From the NCBI GenBank assembly GCA_963801355.1, contig CAWDEM010000004.1:1312001-1376000 (forward strand): DNA of 64,000 bases, in the 5' to 3' direction. The notes beneath the pieces are model-generated. The model saw nothing but the letters and a program-made list of their open reading frames with translations. It was not told the DNA's origin and did not search any database. Positions 58,558 to 64,000 of this stretch are shown piece after piece. Source of the stretch: Ignavibacteriota bacterium. Lineage in GTDB: Bacteria > Bacteroidota > Ignavibacteria > UBA10030 > UBA6906. How positions within the stretch are numbered: the stretch's first letter is position 1; the number at the start of each line of letters is the position of its first letter. Made by a program: the position numbers and the translations under genes.

Positions 58558-59156
58558 GCACCGACCACAGCATACGCGCATGGATGTTCAAGTACCGGAG
58601 CTATACACCCATTCCGTTTCTCCTCGCGATGCTGGCGTTTGCGCGACCGTCGATTGCCAGCCTCTGCATCGGCCTTGCTGTCGTAGCCCTCGGGGAGGCG
58701 ATCCGATTCTGGGGAGTGTCGATCGCGGGCTCGGAGACACGCACAACGGGATCCGTGGGGGGGACGTACCTGATTACCACGGGACCCTTTGCGTACGTGC
58801 GGAACCCGCTGTACCTCGGGAACATGCTCCTGTACGCCGGTGTCGGCATCATGTCGATGGCGCTTTTCCCATGGCTGCTCATTGCGGCGCTTCTCTGGTT
58901 CGTGTGCCAGTACACCCTGATTGTGCTGCAGGAAGAAGAGTACCTTGCCGGCCACTTCGGACCGGCATACGCGGAGTACAGGCGGAATGTCCACCGGTTT
59001 CTTCCGCGGCTGTCGCCGTATCGTGATGCATCGCCTGCACCGAAACGGGTGAGTGTCGGCGAGGGCCTCGCCTCGGAACGGCGCACCCTGCAGGCAATCG
59101 GGCTTGTGATCCTTGTGCTGACAGCGCTGTTCGTATGGCAATCGGTGAGAGGGTGA
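58554..59156 (+). CDS. isoprenylcysteine carboxylmethyltransferase/PEMT-family membrane protein
   Basis: LITTGPFAYVRNPLYLG, EEEYL..FG..Y..Y...V.RF.P. Confidence 0.88.
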   Translation: MSTDHSIRAWMFKYRSYTPIPFLLAMLAFARPSIASLCIGLAVVALGEAIRFWGVSIAGSETRTTGSVGGTYLITTGPFAYVRNPLYLGNMLLYAGVGIMSMALFPWLLIAALLWFVCQYTLIVLQEEEYLAGHFGPAYAEYRRNVHRFLPRLSPYRDASPAPKRVSVGEGLASERRTLQAIGLVILVLTALFVWQSVRG

Positions 59157-59157
59157 C

Positions 59158-60294
59158 GTGGAGGTCAAGCGGGTGATGATGATCGCGGGCGACCCATCGG
59201 GAGACCTGCACGCTGCAGGAGTCGTGCGGGAGTTGAGGCGGCTTGTCCCTTCCATCGAGATCTTCGGTATGGGCGGCGGCGAGATGGGGCGGGAGGGCAT
59301 GGACCTGACGGTACACATGTCCCACATGGCGTTCATGGGATTTGTGGAAGTCGTCCGTCATCTGCGCACGATCATGCGTGTCCAGCGCGCACTCGAACAA
59401 CAGATGGACCGCCGGCGTCCCGATGTCGTGCTCCTCATCGACTATCCGGGGTTCAATTTGCGGTTTGCACAGGCTGCGCACCGGCGCGGCATCCCGGTGC
59501 TGTACTATATCAGCCCGCAGGTCTGGGCCTGGCACAGGAGCCGCGTGAAGCGGATGAAGCGGCTGGTCGACAAGATGCACGTGATTTTTCCGTTTGAGGA
59601 GGAAATCTACTCAGCCCAGGGTATCCCCGTGGAGTTTGTCGGTCATCCGCTTGTGGAACGACTGAAGGTCAGATCCAACCGCGAAGAATTCTTTCACTCG
59701 CACGGGCTGATTCCGGATAAGAAGTTGCTCGGCCTGTTCCCGGGGAGCCGGGTGCAAGAAATTGAACGCATTTTGCCAACGATGGTCACGAGCGCACAGA
59801 CACTGAGCACCATGATGGACCTGCAGGTGGCGATCGGCGTTGCTCCTAATCTTGGCCGCGCGGTGGTGTCGTCATTCGTGCCGGCGTCAAGCGGGTTCCG
59901 ATTGATCGAGAATGCGACGTACGATCTCATGCGGCATGCCGACGCGGCGATTGTGACCTCCGGAACCGCCACGCTGGAAGCCGGATGGTTCGGGACACCC
60001 ATGGCAGTGGTGTACAAGACCTCTCCGGTCACCTATGCGATCGGCCGCATGCTTGTCGATGTCCGCCATATCGGATTGGTCAATATTGTCGCAGGTCGCG
60101 GCATCGTACCTGAATTGATACAGGGGCAATGCACCCCCGGACGGCTTGTGGCAACCATGACACCGTACCTTACGGATGCGGCTGCGGCCTCCGCGATGCG
60201 CGCAAGCCTCTCGGTGGTCCGTGATCGGTTGGGGGCTGGTGGCGCCTCGATGAGAGTGGCGAAATCCATCCTTGCATGGAGGGCTGCAGCATGA
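59158..60294 (+). CDS. lpxB: lipid-A-disaccharide synthase
   Basis: AGDPSGDLH, IDYPGFN, SPQVWAW, FVGHPL, PGSR, SGTATLE. Confidence 0.96.
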   Translation: MEVKRVMMIAGDPSGDLHAAGVVRELRRLVPSIEIFGMGGGEMGREGMDLTVHMSHMAFMGFVEVVRHLRTIMRVQRALEQQMDRRRPDVVLLIDYPGFNLRFAQAAHRRGIPVLYYISPQVWAWHRSRVKRMKRLVDKMHVIFPFEEEIYSAQGIPVEFVGHPLVERLKVRSNREEFFHSHGLIPDKKLLGLFPGSRVQEIERILPTMVTSAQTLSTMMDLQVAIGVAPNLGRAVVSSFVPASSGFRLIENATYDLMRHADAAIVTSGTATLEAGWFGTPMAVVYKTSPVTYAIGRMLVDVRHIGLVNIVAGRGIVPELIQGQCTPGRLVATMTPYLTDAAAASAMRASLSVVRDRLGAGGASMRVAKSILAWRAAA

Positions 60295-61124
60295 ACCGGC
60301 GACTCTTCGCTGGGATGTTCCTTGTGCTTGCCGTCATTTCGGGTTGCGGACCGACAGCGGAAATCCCGCGTCCGGAACCGGCGCCCACGCTGGTGAGCCG
60401 TGAGGAGCTTTACCGGGCAGGACACCAGCTGTATCTGGAGTCGCAGTATGACAGCGCCGCGGCGCTACTGCGACGGGCATACAAAATGGACACGAGTGTT
60501 GTTGAACCCGTCAGGGATCTGGCCCAGCTGCACTATGAATGGGCTATGCGGGCGCCCGAGAAGAGCCGCGAACGCACGCAGCGTTTGCGCACGGCACGGA
60601 TGTACTTTGTGCGACTTGATGCTCTCGGTGACCGGACATCGGATGTGTACGAGCGTTTGTGCGAAATCTCCATGAGTCTGAATGACGACCGCTCCTTCGT
60701 GCGGTATGCCAGGAAAAACGCCGAGCTCTATCCGTACGACCGCCAGTTGTTCAACCTCGCCCGGGCGTATTTTGAAGTCGAAGACTTCCAGAGCGTCATC
60801 AAGTCCACGAAGGAATCGATCGATCGGTTCAAGAGCTCGCCGTATATCACCAGTTATTACCGGTTGCTCGGCCGTGCCTACATGAAGATCGGACGCGACC
60901 AGACCGCCGAGAAGACTCTGGCTGCGGGCGTGAAGGAAGCGGAGGCCCGGCTTGCCGCACTCCGCACTCAGGGTGCCGGTGAGGGAACCGACCAATGGCG
61001 GCGGGCACATGACGATAAGATCAATATGTTGCTCGCACTCAAGCAACTCCATACGACGTACCGTGCCGACGACAAACTCGGGCGGGTGGAGCAACAGTTG
61101 AAGGAGGAGGGGTACGGCAAGTAA
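60291..61124 (+). CDS. TPR-like lipoprotein
   Basis: ISGC lipobox; helical TPR-like repeats. Confidence 0.75.
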   Translation: MNRRLFAGMFLVLAVISGCGPTAEIPRPEPAPTLVSREELYRAGHQLYLESQYDSAAALLRRAYKMDTSVVEPVRDLAQLHYEWAMRAPEKSRERTQRLRTARMYFVRLDALGDRTSDVYERLCEISMSLNDDRSFVRYARKNAELYPYDRQLFNLARAYFEVEDFQSVIKSTKESIDRFKSSPYITSYYRLLGRAYMKIGRDQTAEKTLAAGVKEAEARLAALRTQGAGEGTDQWRRAHDDKINMLLALKQLHTTYRADDKLGRVEQQLKEEGYGK

Positions 61125-61125
61125 G

Positions 61126-62166
61126 GTGTTGCTCCCTCTTTCGTGGGTGTACGGTGCCATCATCGCGGTTCGCAATGCCGCGTTCGACACCGGCATCTTC
61201 CGGTGTCGCAGTGTCGGCGTCCCGCTCATTGCCGTCGGAAACATGACTGCGGGAGGTACGGGGAAGACACCGGTTGTTGAGATGCTGGTGCGGTTGCTGC
61301 GCCAACGTGGATTGTCTCCCGGTGTCATCAGCCGCGGATACGGGCGGACGGGCAGGGGGGTGGTGGTCGTTGCGGACCGTGAGCGCGTGTATGCGGATGC
61401 CGGGACCGGCGGGGATGAACCCGTGCAAATCGCCCGGAAGTTCCCGGGAGTGCCGGTCGTAGTGGGTGAGCGACGGTTCGATGCCGCGGTCACGGCTGTT
61501 CGGCAGTGCGGGGCGCAGATCGTCATCTCCGACGACGGCTTTCAGCACCGCTGGCTCCACCGGGATTGCGATCTGGTGGCGGTGGATGGATCGAGTGACC
61601 TTGCCGCCGAACCCCTGCTGCCGGCAGGGTTGCGTCGTGAGCCGATGCGCGCTCTGCGGCGGGCGCACATGGTTGCCCTGACCGGGTGCCGTGACGCCGG
61701 GGAAGCGACGGAGCGGGGCAATGCATTGCGGAGGTGGTTCGCCGGCCCCATCGTGTCCATCGAACGCTCGTTGGAGGCTCTCGAGGAACCCCATGCAGGG
61801 GAACGCTACTCCGCTGACCGCTTGCGTGGAACAGCGTGTTATGCATTCAGCGGCATCGGTAACCCGTCGCGGTTTGCCGCGGACCTGATCCGTGCGGGGG
61901 CCCGTCTGGCGGGCGAGCGCAGGTTTCGTGATCATCACCGGTTCACACATGCTGAATTGACGGAGATCATGGCGGGTGCGCGTGATGTGCGGGCGGATGT
62001 GCTTGTGACGACGGAGAAAGATGTCATGCGGATACGCGCTGACCGGGGCGCGATGGATCTGTTGCGCGGAGGAATGCCGCTCTGGGTTCCGCTGCTGGAG
62101 GTGCGCGCAATGCCGCCGGAGCCACTGGACGCGATGATCACCGGGTTGATGACAGGAGTTCAGTAA
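61126..62166 (+). CDS. lpxK: tetraacyldisaccharide 4'-kinase
   Basis: VGNMTAGGTGKTP, SRGYG, GDEP, DDGFQH, LPAGLRREP, TTEKD. Confidence 0.95.
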   Translation: MLLPLSWVYGAIIAVRNAAFDTGIFRCRSVGVPLIAVGNMTAGGTGKTPVVEMLVRLLRQRGLSPGVISRGYGRTGRGVVVVADRERVYADAGTGGDEPVQIARKFPGVPVVVGERRFDAAVTAVRQCGAQIVISDDGFQHRWLHRDCDLVAVDGSSDLAAEPLLPAGLRREPMRALRRAHMVALTGCRDAGEATERGNALRRWFAGPIVSIERSLEALEEPHAGERYSADRLRGTACYAFSGIGNPSRFAADLIRAGARLAGERRFRDHHRFTHAELTEIMAGARDVRADVLVTTEKDVMRIRADRGAMDLLRGGMPLWVPLLEVRAMPPEPLDAMITGLMTGVQ

Positions 62167-62867
62167 TGCTTCATGTTGCGCTGACGGATGCCATGGGCTC
62201 CGCGGTGAAAAAAGCCCGCTACACAGCATGGATGGAGCGTTGGATCCCGGATGTGGAAATCCACCTGCTTTCGTATACCCGGGACAATAGTGCGGAAGTG
62301 GTGCAGTGCGCAGGGCTAGTGCTCTCGGGCGGCGGTGATGTGGACCCTCTCCTGTATCACCGTCCCGATGCGGTGCCGATCGCACAGGAAGTCGACAAGA
62401 AGCGGGATGCGTTTGAAATGCGCGTCATCGAGTCGGCATTGCGGCGGCGCATGCCGGTATTCGGCATCTGCCGCGGAACACAACTCTTCAACGTGTTCCA
62501 TGGAGGTTCGTTGCTGCCCGATATCGAAGCCGCCGGCTATCAGTCGCACAGGGGCGATGGGGGAGACCGGCGTCACGGCATCGACATTGTGCCCGGCAGC
62601 AGTCTGCATGCACTGTGTGGAGTCGTGTCAGGGGATGTGAACTCCTCTCATCACCAGGCCATCGAGCGGGTCGGACAGGGAATGCGGGTTGTGGCGCGAT
62701 CACCCGAAGGTGTCATCGAAGCCGTGGAATGGGAAGACCCGCAGGCACACGCGTTCGCCCGGCTCGTACAGTGGCATCCCGAGCGCATGGATGACTCGGA
62801 AAACCCTTTGATGTATGCACTTATTCAAAACTTTACAGCAGCTATTCAACACTTTATCACTTCTTAA
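62166..62867 (+). CDS. class I glutamine amidotransferase, peptidase C26 (PuuD-like)
   Basis: LSGGGDVDP, GICRG, VNSSHHQA, VQWHPE. Confidence 0.9.
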   Translation: MLHVALTDAMGSAVKKARYTAWMERWIPDVEIHLLSYTRDNSAEVVQCAGLVLSGGGDVDPLLYHRPDAVPIAQEVDKKRDAFEMRVIESALRRRMPVFGICRGTQLFNVFHGGSLLPDIEAAGYQSHRGDGGDRRHGIDIVPGSSLHALCGVVSGDVNSSHHQAIERVGQGMRVVARSPEGVIEAVEWEDPQAHAFARLVQWHPERMDDSENPLMYALIQNFTAAIQHFITS

Positions 62868-62876
62868 GGACGTTGC

Positions 62877-64000
62877 ATGAAAAAGTACGTGTATTACTTC
62901 GGTAAGGGAAAAGCGGAAGGCCGCGCAGAGATGAAAGAACTCCTCGGCGGCAAGGGTGCAAACCTCGCAGAGATGGCCAGGCTGGGCATTCCCTGCCCCG
63001 CCGGCTTCACCATCACGACGGAAGTGTGCACCTATTACTACGACCACAAGCGGACCTATCCGGTCTCGCTGCAGAAAGAGGTCAACGGTGCGCTGAAACG
63101 CATCGAATCGGTTATGGGCATGAAATTCGGCAACCCCGCCAACCCCCTGCTTGTGTCGGTCCGTTCTGGCGCGCGCCGGTCGATGCCCGGGATGATGGAA
63201 ACCGTTCTGAACGTCGGGCTGTGTGCTGCGACAATCCCCGGCTTGATCGCCAAGACGAAGAACGAACGTTTTGTGTGGGACGCCTACCGGCGGTTGATCA
63301 TGATGTACTCCGACGTGGTCATGGAGAAGGCCGCGAGCATCGAGCCGGCTGAAGGCAAGGGCATCCGTGTGCAGCTCGACAAGATGCTGCACGAGCTGAA
63401 GACCGGAAAGGGCTATGCATCCGATGCCGACATCTCTGCTGCGGACCTGAAGGATCTATGCGAGCGGTTCAAAGCGCGTGTGAAGGAAGTCCTCGGCAAG
63501 GAATTCCCCGATGATCCCCGCGAACAGCTCTGGGGGGGGATCGGCGCAGTCTTCTCTTCCTGGAATGGCAAGCGGGCAGTATCGTACCGCCGCATCGAGC
63601 GTATTCCGGACGAATGGGGTACGGCAGTGAGCGTCCAGGCGATGGTGTTCGGGAATATGGGCGACAGCTCGGCGACCGGTGTGGCCTTCAGCCGCAACCC
63701 TGCCACCGGCGAGAACAAATTCTTCGGTGAGTGGCTCGTGAATGCGCAGGGCGAGGACGTGGTGGCCGGCATCCGCACTCCCAACCCGTTGAATGAATCC
63801 ACCAAGAGCGAGTACAACCGTCATCTCCCGTCGCTTGAAACGGCGATGCCCGGCCTGTACAGGGAACTGGATCACATCCGCGTGAAGCTGGAGAAGCACT
63901 TCCATGACATGCAGGACATCGAGTTCACGATCCAGGAAGGGCATCTGTGGATGCTGCAGTGCCGGGTGGGGAAGAGAACCGGTACGGCCGCTCTCAACAT
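62877..64000 (+). CDS. ppdK: pyruvate, phosphate dikinase, 3'-truncated by the window (absent from the ORF track)
   Basis: Translation from ATG 62877: MKKYVYYFG..LLGGKGANLAEM..PPGFTITT..PLLVSVRSGA..SMPGMM..QAMVFGN..NAQGEDVVAGIRTP..QDIEFT. Confidence 0.96.
   Translation, partial: MKKYVYYFGKGKAEGRAEMKELLGGKGANLAEMARLGIPCPAGFTITTEVCTYYYDHKRTYPVSLQKEVNGALKRIESVMGMKFGNPANPLLVSVRSGARRSMPGMMETVLNVGLCAATIPGLIAKTKNERFVWDAYRRLIMMYSDVVMEKAASIEPAEGKGIRVQLDKMLHELKTGKGYASDADISAADLKDLCERFKARVKEVLGKEFPDDPREQLWGGIGAVFSSWNGKRAVSYRRIERIPDEWGTAVSVQAMVFGNMGDSSATGVAFSRNPATGENKFFGEWLVNAQGEDVVAGIRTPNPLNESTKSEYNRHLPSLETAMPGLYRELDHIRVKLEKHFHDMQDIEFTIQEGHLWMLQCRVGKRTGTAALN

Overview
64 kb of a GC-rich FCB-group chromosome, most likely Ignavibacteria-like (short SigA lacking region 1.1, three QNYPNPFNP secretion-tail proteins, lpxB/lpxK). 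Both flanks are housekeeping: deoB-sigA-def-fmt-parAB-spmAB and peptide/proline catabolism on the left; uvrB-gap-pgk-ispG-folD-sucC-gatB-tpiA-smc-lpxB-lpxK-ppdK on the right. The centre (about 18.9-36.3 kb) is a selenium island that the ORF track breaks into fragments because it treats in-frame UGA as stop. It has two parts. (i) A selenocysteine (Sec) machinery operon: small UxxC membrane selenoprotein, membrane Fe-S protein, selA, selB, a double-cubane-type reductase with its ATP-dependent activase, selD (itself Sec-containing) and tRNA-Sec. (ii) A five-gene cell-envelope operon in which four genes carry an in-frame UGA followed by a SECIS-like hairpin: a tiny lipoprotein ending CPTUG, an outer-membrane barrel (no UGA), a UxxC thioredoxin-fold lipoprotein, a secreted BNR beta-propeller with Sec in GGGUG, and a second UxxC thioredoxin-fold protein. 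Six UGA/hairpin pairs are visible directly in the sequence and a seventh is possible. Family names come from motif recognition, not database searches.
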